Origin: a virus
Lineage: Duplodnaviria; Caudoviricetes
Reading direction: 5' to 3' (one strand)
Length of the DNA stretch: 62,793 nucleotides
IMG/VR virus record: IMGVR_UViG_3300035659_000011
Coordinates: 1 to 62,793 of that record
Under the pieces are notes generated by a model that ran no database searches, was not told the origin of the DNA, and saw only the letters and a list, made by a program, of their open reading frames with translations. Positions 20,383 through 29,813 of the stretch are shown piece after piece (the stretch's first letter is position 1; the number at the start of each line of letters is the position of its first letter). A program made the translations under genes and the position numbers.

Positions 20383-20886
20383 TTAGGTGGAACCTGTACT
20401 ACCAAAACCTTTATCATTACGAGCTGTTTTATCTAAATCTTGTACTTCGATTACTTTAGTAAGTTCTACAGGACATACAACCAATTGAGCAATTTTTTCA
20501 CCAACTTTTATCTCTTGAACAACAGGTCCCAAGTTTGCTACGATAACACCAACTAACCCTCGGTACGATTCATCGATTGTGCCCGGAGTGTTAAGAACTG
20601 TTAACCCTCTCTTTAATGCATTACCACTTCGAGGTCTAACTTGAATCTCAAAACCTTCACCATAAGTGACAATAATTCCAGTATGTACTAATACTCTTTC
20701 TAATGGTCTTAACTCTATTGTTGACAACTTATGCAAATTGTCATCATCTTGACATTCACCACTTATCGAATAATACTTCTCAAACCGATAAACAAAAACA
20801 TCAACTCCAGAATCAGTTTCATTTGCTCTTTCTGGTAACTTTGCATCTGGAAAAATCTTCTTAACAAACATGTCATATCCTTTCAT
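20383..20886 (-). CDS. dut: trimeric dUTPase
   Basis: SGVDV, QVRPRSG, NTPGTIDESYRG, KIAQL, RNDKGFGSTG. Confidence 0.95.
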   Translation of the reverse strand: MKGYDMFVKKIFPDAKLPERANETDSGVDVFVYRFEKYYSISGECQDDDNLHKLSTIELRPLERVLVHTGIIVTYGEGFEIQVRPRSGNALKRGLTVLNTPGTIDESYRGLVGVIVANLGPVVQEIKVGEKIAQLVVCPVELTKVIEVQDLDKTARNDKGFGSTGST

Positions 20887-20896
20887 TTATGTTAAT

Positions 20897-23476
20897 TTAC
20901 CCGCACCGAGAATTCCCACAATCTTTGCATTTAAAGCACCCTGCTGACATCTCAACATTTTCACTTTTGCATTCTGGACATTTCATGCCATCAATTCTTG
21001 TACCATCTTTAATAGTCATTCCTATAAAATGTCGAACAGCTGTCAAAAGAGATGATATGTAGTCCCCCTCTATATTCTGTAAGGCAACTAATATATCTTC
21101 ACGCTTAACGTTATGTCGTAGGCAGAGCGAAATCATCCGGCCCAATCGATTGTACGAGTAATCTGTTCGAGCTTTTTCAATACAATCACTAATAATACTA
21201 GCATCTATTCCCTTTTGTAAAGCTAAATGAGCTAATTTCCTAGCAGCTCGATTACATGTTTTTGTACGACCAACTTCTCTAGAATTACTATATATCCACA
21301 AGCAGATCGGATATTTCATTTCAGTATCTTCTGGTAAATAACTGAAATGAATATAGAATTTCAGTCCTTCACATTTAATAATATGACATTGCCCATTTAG
21401 AAATACATCGGGCAATTTAATATCTTTTGCAATGATCTTTTGTTGAGCTTCTGCTTCTGCTAAACTTGAAATGACAGACTCCATACAACCATCACGATAT
21501 ACTGTGAACCCATTGAGACCATTTTGCCATGCGTCAATATACAAACTTTTGAAATCCTCAAAAGGATAATCTTTCGGTAAATTGCAAGTTTTTGATACTG
21601 ATTGATTGCAATGATATTGAACGACTTTTTGTATATTGATATGATCTTGCGGTAACAAATCTTTTGTTGTTACTAAATATGACTTATGATCTTTTTTTGG
21701 GAAATTATCTAACAGCCATTGATAACCATAATCTCTAACCACACTAACTTCACATAGTCCACGATTGTGTGGTTCGTAATAATATGTCTTACCTTCAAAA
21801 GTTCCTTGCCAATATTCAAAATCTTTACCCTTATGATGCTTCAATTCATGTTTGACATTTTCTATATTCAAACCCTTGGGCCAATGACAAATATTCTTGC
21901 GATCATACTCAAGCAAAAATGCAGGTTCAATACCGTTAGAAACGTTGTCTGCAATTATAGAACTGTTGCCTAAGGGAGGATTAGTTGTGGTTTTCGCGTT
22001 TCTTACACCATAAGTGACGATCATCTCTTTTGTTTTAGGCCACAATCTATTAGATTGAAAATACTCAGTATTTTGAAATTTTTCAGCTACATATGCTTCG
22101 CATTGTCCTTTTTCTTTAGCTAATAATGCTGATGCTTGCCAAGTATAATTCTCTTTCAATTCACATAATCTACTTGTAAACTTAACAGCTTCTTTAGAAT
22201 TGTATGCTATTCCCATCATCATTAAGGCAGATCCAAGACCGTTAAGTCCCATACCGAATTGTCGAGTTTTCTTAATGATGTATTCATAAGAAGGCAATGG
22301 GGCATTTGACAAATCATTTATATTGTCAAGCATTCTTGTAAATGTGCAAATGTCACGAATGTATTTAGCTTCATCAAACTTGACAACTCCATCTTCAATA
22401 TAGACATATTGTGTAACATTCAGTGACCCAAGTAAACAAACTGTTGTAATATCTGCTATGCCTGGGACCTCGCCACAGGGATTGCAGGCATTGCAGTCGC
22501 CTAAGTAAGCAACTGGATTATTTCTTTGCATGCTGTCATAAAATAATACACCCGGTTCAGCTCGATTGTATGTGCATGACATTATCAATTCATATAATTC
22601 ACGAGCATTTACTTTCTTGTAAACTTTACCCTTAAAATGCAGATCATAAAAATCATCAGCTAAAACTGCATTCATAAACTTGTCGTCAATCAGTACAGAT
22701 ATGTTGAACTTTGTTAACACACCTTTTGACTGCTTTGATTTAACAAACTCTTCTATGTCGGGGTGCCACACTGGTAAACACCCGAGCATCGCTCCTTTTC
22801 TTGTGTCACCTTTTACAACTATCTGCAATTCTTCCATCTGTTCTTTTGTCAAATGATTTTTGAGATTATCGACATAGCCATCAGTATCGCCCTTAACCAT
22901 ACATTCAGAAACTGTGTCCCATAACTTCATATATGACATGACACCAGGATGTTTGATTCCAGTACCTTTTATTAATGATCCTCGAGGTCTAATAAACCCA
23001 AAGTTGATTCCGTAACCACCTTCAGAAGCTAATGTCTTTGCTTGCTCTAAAATGGTCAAGAATATATTTGACAAGTTATCAGGATTGTCATCAGTTTTCA
23101 TATCTACATCGTATGAAACTGATCCATCTTTTGATTTTCTATTATAGTGAATTGTTGCACCTGAAACAGGCCCATTCACAAAACAATTCATCAATGTAGC
23201 ATTTTTGAACGTTGTTCCGACGTTGGCAGTAATACGACCACCAAAAGTAGCTTTTAGTCCAAGAGGTTCTTTATTGGGGTAACCATTTTCATCAACGGTA
23301 ATATCACTGTCGAATCTAAGAAGTACTTGTAGGAATTGTTTGTACCATTCTTGAGGATGTTTCTCAATAGCAGCAACAGCTTTTGCACTTCTAATAAATG
23401 TTTCAATTGGTTTCTCATTACCAAATCGATATTTCTTTGACCAATTCTTATACGCTAAATCTGTTTTAAGAATCAT
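20897..23476 (-). CDS. nrdJ: class II (B12-dependent) ribonucleotide reductase
   Basis: TLMNCFV, GGYGINF, FNISV, AEPG, NPCGE, CLLGSLN, PPLGNSS..NVSNGIEP, SVSKTCN, TVYRDG, C-terminal CPEC..CKDC; no small subunit nearby. Confidence 0.92.
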   Translation of the reverse strand: MILKTDLAYKNWSKKYRFGNEKPIETFIRSAKAVAAIEKHPQEWYKQFLQVLLRFDSDITVDENGYPNKEPLGLKATFGGRITANVGTTFKNATLMNCFVNGPVSGATIHYNRKSKDGSVSYDVDMKTDDNPDNLSNIFLTILEQAKTLASEGGYGINFGFIRPRGSLIKGTGIKHPGVMSYMKLWDTVSECMVKGDTDGYVDNLKNHLTKEQMEELQIVVKGDTRKGAMLGCLPVWHPDIEEFVKSKQSKGVLTKFNISVLIDDKFMNAVLADDFYDLHFKGKVYKKVNARELYELIMSCTYNRAEPGVLFYDSMQRNNPVAYLGDCNACNPCGEVPGIADITTVCLLGSLNVTQYVYIEDGVVKFDEAKYIRDICTFTRMLDNINDLSNAPLPSYEYIIKKTRQFGMGLNGLGSALMMMGIAYNSKEAVKFTSRLCELKENYTWQASALLAKEKGQCEAYVAEKFQNTEYFQSNRLWPKTKEMIVTYGVRNAKTTTNPPLGNSSIIADNVSNGIEPAFLLEYDRKNICHWPKGLNIENVKHELKHHKGKDFEYWQGTFEGKTYYYEPHNRGLCEVSVVRDYGYQWLLDNFPKKDHKSYLVTTKDLLPQDHINIQKVVQYHCNQSVSKTCNLPKDYPFEDFKSLYIDAWQNGLNGFTVYRDGCMESVISSLAEAEAQQKIIAKDIKLPDVFLNGQCHIIKCEGLKFYIHFSYLPEDTEMKYPICLWIYSNSREVGRTKTCNRAARKLAHLALQKGIDASIISDCIEKARTDYSYNRLGRMISLCLRHNVKREDILVALQNIEGDYISSLLTAVRHFIGMTIKDGTRIDGMKCPECKSENVEMSAGCFKCKDCGNSRCG

Positions 23477-23552
23477 TTATTTCCTCTACATTATAGTTAA
23501 AAATAGTTTTGATTTCGATTATAAGTCTTGCCTAACAAAAAATTAACATTTT

Positions 23553-24850
23553 GTGAATTGCCAAGTGAATGGCTTTCTGCTTCAACGAACACAACTTACG
23601 CTAATATATGGCGAAGCCACACGTAGCGCAGAGGTCGCATTCTCCACAGACGTAAATTCCCTATATTCCATAGGTACATAGCTATTATTACATTGTCCGA
23701 CATGTAGTATTGTCTTCGCTGCTTTTACGTCGCGATCTTCTACTAAGCCACATAAACAAGTGTAAATTCGCTGCGATCGAGGTATATCGTTAATCTTACC
23801 ACACTTGTAGCACAACTTAGTTGTAGGAAACCATTTATCAACTACACCTACACTATTAGAGCGCTTAAGTTTTGACTTTACTAAGCCCATACAACTATGC
23901 TGCACTTGAGCACCATAATCAGTCGAGTGCCACTTATGCAGCTGTTCGTCTTGAATATACACGTGTTCATGATTCATTAATAGGTAATTAACGATCTTAT
24001 TGGCAGCGTCTAACTTTTTGTTCTTAATCTTCTCATACTCTTGCTGTAACTTAATTTGCGTTTTGTATCTATTGTTAGAACCCTTAAACTGCTTAGCTAG
24101 CTTTCGCTGCAAGCGCTTAAGTCGTTCTGTTTCTTCAATACATACATTAATCACTTCACCATTTGATAAAGTCAAATTGTTCTTAATCCCAAAATCAATA
24201 CCAATAGCCTCCTTTTTCTTGACGTTAAGTGTTTCAGGTTTTATGAACTCATAGCAGGTAAGTTTGACATAATAGCTAGAGGGTTTTTGGATTAGTTTCG
24301 CGTTAGCTATTTCGTAGTTTTCTTTTACTTGATCTAGACCATACACTAATAATAGTTTCTTGATACCATTTATTCTAATTCTGTTACCAACTATTTTGTG
24401 AGTATTACCGTATTGTGACAAGTCAATAGAATTACATGACGATTTGAACTTGAGTCGTCCAACTTTCTTACCTTTTTTCTTAACAATAGATAGTGTGCGA
24501 ATACTTTGATGTAAAAGCTTTACTATGTCTTGCTTATTCTTCGCTGGTAGGTATTTGAGTTCTTTTTGTTCTAGTTGTTTGTCTTTATTGAGGACAGTGA
24601 CAGTTGATGTTTTTGAACTAAAGTCAAATGGATTTTCTTGTGATAAGATGAAATTATAGAGCCATTTAGCTTCTACAAACATCATTTTCAAAGAAGTAGC
24701 TTGCTGTAAGTTTAGTTTTGAAGAGTCTATTTTAAGTTCTATGACTTTACAACGTTGCGATTGACGTTTCAATCGAGTGAGTCGAAGTGATTCCTTTATT
24801 TTGTTTCGCTTTTCTTCTTTCATATAAATCACACTCGAAATAAAAACTAA
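23553..24850 (-). mobile_element. non-autonomous IS200/IS605-like element (IS1341-type); boundaries approximate
   Basis: tnpB followed by GAAGCAGAAAGCCATTCACTTGGCAATTCAC, resembling an IS605 right end that finishes in TTCAC. Confidence 0.55.
23582..24823 (-). CDS. tnpB: TnpB RNA-guided endonuclease (IS200/IS605 family), no tnpA
   Basis: IGIDFGIK, Zn finger CYKC..CLC, DRDVKAA; likely start MKEEKRNK. Confidence 0.9.
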   Translation of the reverse strand: MKEEKRNKIKESLRLTRLKRQSQRCKVIELKIDSSKLNLQQATSLKMMFVEAKWLYNFILSQENPFDFSSKTSTVTVLNKDKQLEQKELKYLPAKNKQDIVKLLHQSIRTLSIVKKKGKKVGRLKFKSSCNSIDLSQYGNTHKIVGNRIRINGIKKLLLVYGLDQVKENYEIANAKLIQKPSSYYVKLTCYEFIKPETLNVKKKEAIGIDFGIKNNLTLSNGEVINVCIEETERLKRLQRKLAKQFKGSNNRYKTQIKLQQEYEKIKNKKLDAANKIVNYLLMNHEHVYIQDEQLHKWHSTDYGAQVQHSCMGLVKSKLKRSNSVGVVDKWFPTTKLCYKCGKINDIPRSQRIYTCLCGLVEDRDVKAAKTILHVGQCNNSYVPMEYREFTSVENATSALRVASPYISVSCVR

Positions 24851-24851
24851 T

Positions 24852-25238
24852 TCAACTGTCATTTGTGCTTCTTATAGCCAGCAGTATGTCGATTTGTTCA
24901 AGAATGAATTGGTATCTACGTGAAATCTGTTCCCACGTCATCCCTCGTTGGCTTAAAGATTGGTCATATCGTTTCGATATACGTTTCTTTAGCCATTCCA
25001 GTGAGTCTGTATCATCTGGCATTTTTAGTTTACTAGCGTAGAGAATTCCCAAGAAATTCAATACTTGATCATCATCAATTTGTGTTATTTGCAAACCTTT
25101 AGTGCCAAGAATTTTGTTTAGTAACCAATTTGTGTTTATTTCACTTGCCGCATATTTGACTTTGATACTGTTAGTTATTAACGGAACAGTTCCGTCTTGA
25201 GCAACTTTCAAATTTTGATTCATGATTATTACTAGCAA
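24852..25238 (-). CDS. hypothetical protein
   Basis: 128 aa ORF. Confidence 0.65.
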   Translation of the reverse strand: MLVIIMNQNLKVAQDGTVPLITNSIKVKYAASEINTNWLLNKILGTKGLQITQIDDDQVLNFLGILYASKLKMPDDTDSLEWLKKRISKRYDQSLSQRGMTWEQISRRYQFILEQIDILLAIRSTNDS

Positions 25239-25261
25239 AAAAATGTCTTCATATTCACAAT

Positions 25262-25288
25262 AAAAAAGCGGATGAAAAATTCACCCGC
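25262..25288 (-). terminator. intrinsic terminator
   Basis: GCGGGTGAA..TTCATCCGC stem plus U-run. Confidence 0.55.
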
Positions 25289-25322
25289 ACATTAACTACA
25301 ATCGTAGTGTTGCAAATTTCTA

Positions 25323-25685
25323 CTACATTATTTTTACAACTTGCATAGCTTTTTTATTGAAAGCGCAAGTTGTCGTCCAACAGTGACGATCATCTTCATC
25401 AAATAGAAGATCAGTAATATTAGGTCCAGCATCTACATAAAGTATATCTTTGTCTTTGCAAATAATACCTTTTTGCCACATACCAAACACATTTGTTAAA
25501 ACTTTAGTACCGACTTGTAAATCTTTAGTTTTTATAGTTGGTAACGTGCCAGGGTCTACATCTGGTGTATAATTTTCTAGTAAATGAATTTCAACACCTA
25601 AATAACAAATATATGACCATCCAACTTTTTCTGAATCTTTTCTTGGTTCAACTAACAATTCGGGCGCTTTTGGCAATTTAGACAC
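25323..25685 (-). CDS. hypothetical protein
   Basis: 120 aa; GAGG RBS, GTG start. Confidence 0.7.
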   Translation of the reverse strand: MSKLPKAPELLVEPRKDSEKVGWSYICYLGVEIHLLENYTPDVDPGTLPTIKTKDLQVGTKVLTNVFGMWQKGIICKDKDILYVDAGPNITDLLFDEDDRHCWTTTCAFNKKAMQVVKIM

Positions 25686-25750
25686 TTTAACCTCTATTCT
25701 TCATCTTTACACTTATTTGCACCGACTTATCAATTTAATAAGAATGCAAT

Positions 25751-26815
25751 TTAGCTGTTTTCAGATTTAAGTGCTTTTCTTTTAATCCAAGCTAATTTAC
25801 TTGCAATACCAATATTTTTTCTCGCATGTTCTGAAAAACGGTATTTTTCTTTTCCATGTTTTATTCTTAAAAAATCTTTGTGCTTTCTGCTTTTCTTACA
25901 ATCATAACAATAAATAGTGTTGCGACCTTTAGATAAAAAATCTTTAGTGCAAACTACGCACGTTCTTTTATATTGTTGATTTAGTAATGATAATCTAACT
26001 TTCTCTTTAAATTCTGCAGATTTTCTTTTACCGCCTTTAACAAAACCTTTCGGCATACGATCATTTTTATCTATTGCTCTTTCTTCATTTGTTTTCTTAT
26101 TATAAATCTTAATTTTTCCAGTATTCATTCGTTGCAGATGCTCTCTAGCTTCTTTTGCCATTATATGTCCAGTGTTAGCTATTCGTAATTTCTCTCTTGT
26201 CTCTTTCGTAACTACATGTCCCATGTTTATGAGTCTTAATTTTGCTTTTACTGATTCTGGCATCATTCTATGTCGTCTTATTTTCAAATTCAATTGTCGT
26301 TTTTTATACTTTTTACCCTTTTTACCTTTGAGCATGATACTAAACTTATTTCGTTGCTCTTTCGAAAATGGTCTGCGACCTTTAATAAACCCATCAGGTA
26401 CTACTTCACCACGAACTAAATATCTCATTTCATCAGTTTTTTCATTATATATTCTAATTTTGCCCTTGCTACTATTTTTAAGTTTCTGTCTTATCACTTC
26501 TTTATTCGGATTTTTTGTAAACGTATCACCGCCCCAAACTTTATCAGTTATATTATACCCAATAGCTGTATCAGTAGAATTCAATTTTTTGATCCAAAAT
26601 ATTTCTCTTTCATCAATGTTAGCTTCAGTACATCGTTCTAATAACTCTTTTGAAAAATTTGACATACCATATTTTTTGAATGCATAATTCAATTTCAAAC
26701 CTGAGCCATAATATTCATCAAAATCAAAATCTTTTCTAGATGTTCTTTGACCAACATATATCTTACCATTTACTAAATTTGTTATCTTATAAATGTATCT
26801 AAATCTGTTTTTCAT
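25751..26815 (-). CDS. free-standing GIY-YIG homing endonuclease (Seg-like)
   Basis: YIYKITNLVNGKIYVGQ, YYGSG, EIFWIKKLNS..GYN, NUMOD repeats. Confidence 0.9.
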   Translation of the reverse strand: MKNRFRYIYKITNLVNGKIYVGQRTSRKDFDFDEYYGSGLKLNYAFKKYGMSNFSKELLERCTEANIDEREIFWIKKLNSTDTAIGYNITDKVWGGDTFTKNPNKEVIRQKLKNSSKGKIRIYNEKTDEMRYLVRGEVVPDGFIKGRRPFSKEQRNKFSIMLKGKKGKKYKKRQLNLKIRRHRMMPESVKAKLRLINMGHVVTKETREKLRIANTGHIMAKEAREHLQRMNTGKIKIYNKKTNEERAIDKNDRMPKGFVKGGKRKSAEFKEKVRLSLLNQQYKRTCVVCTKDFLSKGRNTIYCYDCKKSRKHKDFLRIKHGKEKYRFSEHARKNIGIASKLAWIKRKALKSENS

Positions 26816-27573
26816 GATAATTCTTTCTGTCGTGCAATAGCGACGCCTATACTGTCTGCAATATCATCATTAATAGATGTCTCTGAATAGATTTCTAAAC
26901 TAATTTTGTCCATCTCTTCATTAGCTATCTTTTTATTAGCCTTTGTTTTAGCACCTTTTTCTTGTTTCAATAACTCAATTTTGTGCTCAAAAACTTTAAT
27001 ATCTTCATCTGTTACAGCTTTCCTTAAATCTCTCTTTAATTGTTTCAATTGTTCTTTAGTTGACTTCTTGATGTCTTCTTGATTATCTCTTAAGACTATA
27101 GAATCTAAACTGCTAGTCTCTTTGACAGATGCTCTAATATTATCAATTCTATCTTTATAATGTTTAACTCTATCTTTAGACAATAAATCATATTTTGCAC
27201 AGACAGACAATTGAACATCGCATTTCTTTGCTCCTCCTGTACAACCATCAAGAACTTTTTTCCATTCTGATGGTGCATATAGAGGCGGATCTCGCTGTAA
27301 ATATTTATATGCTTCGATAATTGCTACTCCGTTAAAGCGCGATAATATCTTAGTAACACTGACACTACTGACTTGAACAACATCTTCAATTGCAATTTCA
27401 TCCGGCTTGTATTTTTCAATTACTTTACTAATCTCGTTACCAAATAAGCACAATTTCTGTCCAAGACTCATTTTCCCAGATGGCACTATTTTACCGTAAT
27501 CAAGCAACTTATCATCTTGAATTATTGCCCAGCCAGTGCTGCGCGACGAAATGTCAACTCCAAGAATTTTCAT
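26812..27573 (-). CDS. ruvC: RuvC-like Holliday junction resolvase
   Basis: ILGVDISSRSTGWA, IAIED, APSEWKK, DDIADSIGVA. Confidence 0.88.
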   Translation of the reverse strand: MKILGVDISSRSTGWAIIQDDKLLDYGKIVPSGKMSLGQKLCLFGNEISKVIEKYKPDEIAIEDVVQVSSVSVTKILSRFNGVAIIEAYKYLQRDPPLYAPSEWKKVLDGCTGGAKKCDVQLSVCAKYDLLSKDRVKHYKDRIDNIRASVKETSSLDSIVLRDNQEDIKKSTKEQLKQLKRDLRKAVTDEDIKVFEHKIELLKQEKGAKTKANKKIANEEMDKISLEIYSETSINDDIADSIGVAIARQKELS

Positions 27574-28304
27574 TGCACCATCCAGTGAAATTTGTTAGTA
27601 TGCATAATATCTTCAAGATCTTTATCGACAATCTTAACAACTTCTTGTCGCTTAATCATCATACCTACTTGTTCAAAGCATGAATAACCTATCGATCTAT
27701 TTACTGAATCGTCACCCGCTAAACAACTAAAATCACGAATAGGTATTCTGCCATCTAGTTTTGATTTACAAGCTAATAGTATAGTATCTTCAATATTTGG
27801 TATTTCAAATACGCAAATAGATGATGATAACTTCTGTAAAGTCTTACTTTGTTGTCTAGTTTTAGTATTGCAAAATGCATAGTGATAATTTACTAAATTA
27901 GAAATGTCATCGTCACGTGTGACTAATCGACGTAGTAATTTTCCAAAACATGTTATTTCTATATTTGCAAAGTCAGTAAAAACTGTTTCATGCAAATTTG
28001 CAAGTTTGCGCCACAGTTCATTATCTAAAAGACTAAAAGCAAATACACGATACATTTCAAATATTGGTACTACAACTCGTTCTTTAACACTTATATCAAA
28101 ATCAAATGGATCAAGATTCTTAACAAAAACAGTATCTTTAATGTCATAGTATGGAATTCTACCGGCTGCATAGTTTTCAGTAAGTAACAAATTTCGAGTG
28201 ACGCTATTCTTCAGTAAACCTTGAACACTGTCTGTTATTATTTTTTGAAATGTCTGCCGACCTTCGGCAGAATTATGATAGTGTCTAGCTTGAATTTCAG
28301 TCAT
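27570..28304 (-). CDS. degenerate/truncated major capsid protein-like paralogue (HK97 fold)
   Basis: Pattern EGRQ..RNLLL.E...GRIPYYD..ERVVVPIFE..GRIPIR..D...IGY..FEQVG resembles jumbo-phage MCPs as I recall them. Confidence 0.5.
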   Translation of the reverse strand: MTEIQARHYHNSAEGRQTFQKIITDSVQGLLKNSVTRNLLLTENYAAGRIPYYDIKDTVFVKNLDPFDFDISVKERVVVPIFEMYRVFAFSLLDNELWRKLANLHETVFTDFANIEITCFGKLLRRLVTRDDDISNLVNYHYAFCNTKTRQQSKTLQKLSSSICVFEIPNIEDTILLACKSKLDGRIPIRDFSCLAGDDSVNRSIGYSCFEQVGMMIKRQEVVKIVDKDLEDIMHTNKFHWMVQ

Positions 28305-28319
28305 AATGTATTTGTTTAC

Positions 28320-28346
28320 AAAAAAGGGAGTCGTTTACTGACTCCC
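28320..28346 (-). terminator. intrinsic terminator after recA
   Basis: GGGAGTC..GACTCCC stem plus U-run. Confidence 0.7.
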
Positions 28347-28361
28347 AATATCACTCAATGA

Positions 28362-29753
28362 CTAAATTCTGAGTGATCGCTTCTTTTCACGTTCAAGACG
28401 TTTTCGTTCTCTTCTTGCTGATCTTGATTCGTCAGAACTTTCGGACTCAGACTCAGTTTCTGTGTCAGCGTCTGATTCAGATTCAACTGAAGTTTTAGTC
28501 ATTGCATCTGCTTCATCTTCATCTGAACCCATAGCTGATTCTGGTACGTCTTCCTTCACATTCTCTTTCTTAACAAATATCTTCTTTTCTTCAATCAATG
28601 TTTGAATTTTGCTTTTAATCTTAGGATTCTCTTCTAATATTACTTCAAACTTCTTCTTACCAAAGTCCTTAATGTCAGGATACATCTTCTCACCATTCTC
28701 ATTCACAAAATTGTATCGAATAACTACTCGACCGTCATCTTTTGTGAACTCAAATTCTTTCAAATATCCATTCATAAGAGCAACATCAAATAACTCTTTC
28801 TGATTGTCAACGCCTGATCCATTATGTCTCAAAGTAAACACAATTGCTTCTTCAGGCATTGAACCTGCTTTGTTCTTCTCAAAAGTGACTTTGACATCAT
28901 GTGACAGTATAATGCCATTATCATCTCGAACAGTCGAATCCCAAACTTTTGCTACTTTAAGAGCAATGGTGTCATAAAATGGGAGTGCGTTCCCGCCTGT
29001 CCGATAGTCTGGACTGCCAAATCTTTGATTAGGATTTTTTCTCAATTGATTGATGAAGAACAATATAGTCTTAGAATCAACATCAGATCTTGCCATTGCA
29101 GATGTAACCTTCTTGAGTCCCAATCCAATGGCAACAGCTTGAGTTCCTCTTTGTCTTGATTCTTCCATACCCTTAGTAGCATCAACTGTCGAAACTAATT
29201 GTGTCACACTATCAATTCCGATAATCGCGTACTTACCAGGACTAATGACTTTAGTGACTTTATTAGTCTTCTTGTCAACTTCATGCTCACCAAGTATCAA
29301 TGCATGCATAATATCAAACGCTTCTTCAGCTGTAGACACCGGTATGACAATCAACTTCTCAATGTTTACACCGACTGAAGCAGCCCATTTAGCTTGGAAT
29401 TGAAATTGACGTTCAGCATCAATCAATACACAAGGTTTATCAGGATGTTTTCGTTGTGCTTCAGCTATTGCTAAATACAACAATAGAGTTTTTCCTGCGC
29501 CTTCCCAACCAAAAACTTCAATGACTGATCCGAAAGGATATCCCTTACAAGGTCCCATTGAATTGTCAAGCAAAATCGATCCTGATGAAATCGATTCTGG
29601 CAAACTCTTATACTTATTACCAGAAGGTGCAATTGATCGACCAAATCGCTTTTGTATAATAGCTGCAGCAGTTACAAGAGTAGTCTTCTTTTGTTTACCA
29701 CTAGTTTCTTCTTCTTCAACCTCTGCCACGACAACATCTTCTTCATCAGCCAT
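28362..29753 (-). CDS. recA: RecA recombinase with acidic C-terminal tail
   Basis: SSGSILLD, EVFGWEGAGKT, IDAE, IDSV, FINQLR, TGGNALPFY, KNK; likely start MADEED. Confidence 0.93.
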   Translation of the reverse strand: MADEEDVVVAEVEEEETSGKQKKTTLVTAAAIIQKRFGRSIAPSGNKYKSLPESISSGSILLDNSMGPCKGYPFGSVIEVFGWEGAGKTLLLYLAIAEAQRKHPDKPCVLIDAERQFQFQAKWAASVGVNIEKLIVIPVSTAEEAFDIMHALILGEHEVDKKTNKVTKVISPGKYAIIGIDSVTQLVSTVDATKGMEESRQRGTQAVAIGLGLKKVTSAMARSDVDSKTILFFINQLRKNPNQRFGSPDYRTGGNALPFYDTIALKVAKVWDSTVRDDNGIILSHDVKVTFEKNKAGSMPEEAIVFTLRHNGSGVDNQKELFDVALMNGYLKEFEFTKDDGRVVIRYNFVNENGEKMYPDIKDFGKKKFEVILEENPKIKSKIQTLIEEKKIFVKKENVKEDVPESAMGSDEDEADAMTKTSVESESDADTETESESESSDESRSARRERKRLEREKKRSLRI

Positions 29754-29766
29754 AATAAGTCCTTTC

Positions 29767-29804
29767 AAAAAAAATAGCGAGTACATAATTAATGTACTCG
29801 CTAT
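29767..29804 (-). terminator. intrinsic terminator after the SSB gene
   Basis: ATAGCGAGTACAT..ATGTACTCGCTAT perfect stem plus U8. Confidence 0.75.
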
Positions 29805-29813
29805 CGAGTTAAG

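Noticed and set aside
11334-26815. GIY-YIG genes as intron-encoded ORFs
   Set aside because: Both abut intact flanking genes with no room for intron cores, so they are free-standing.
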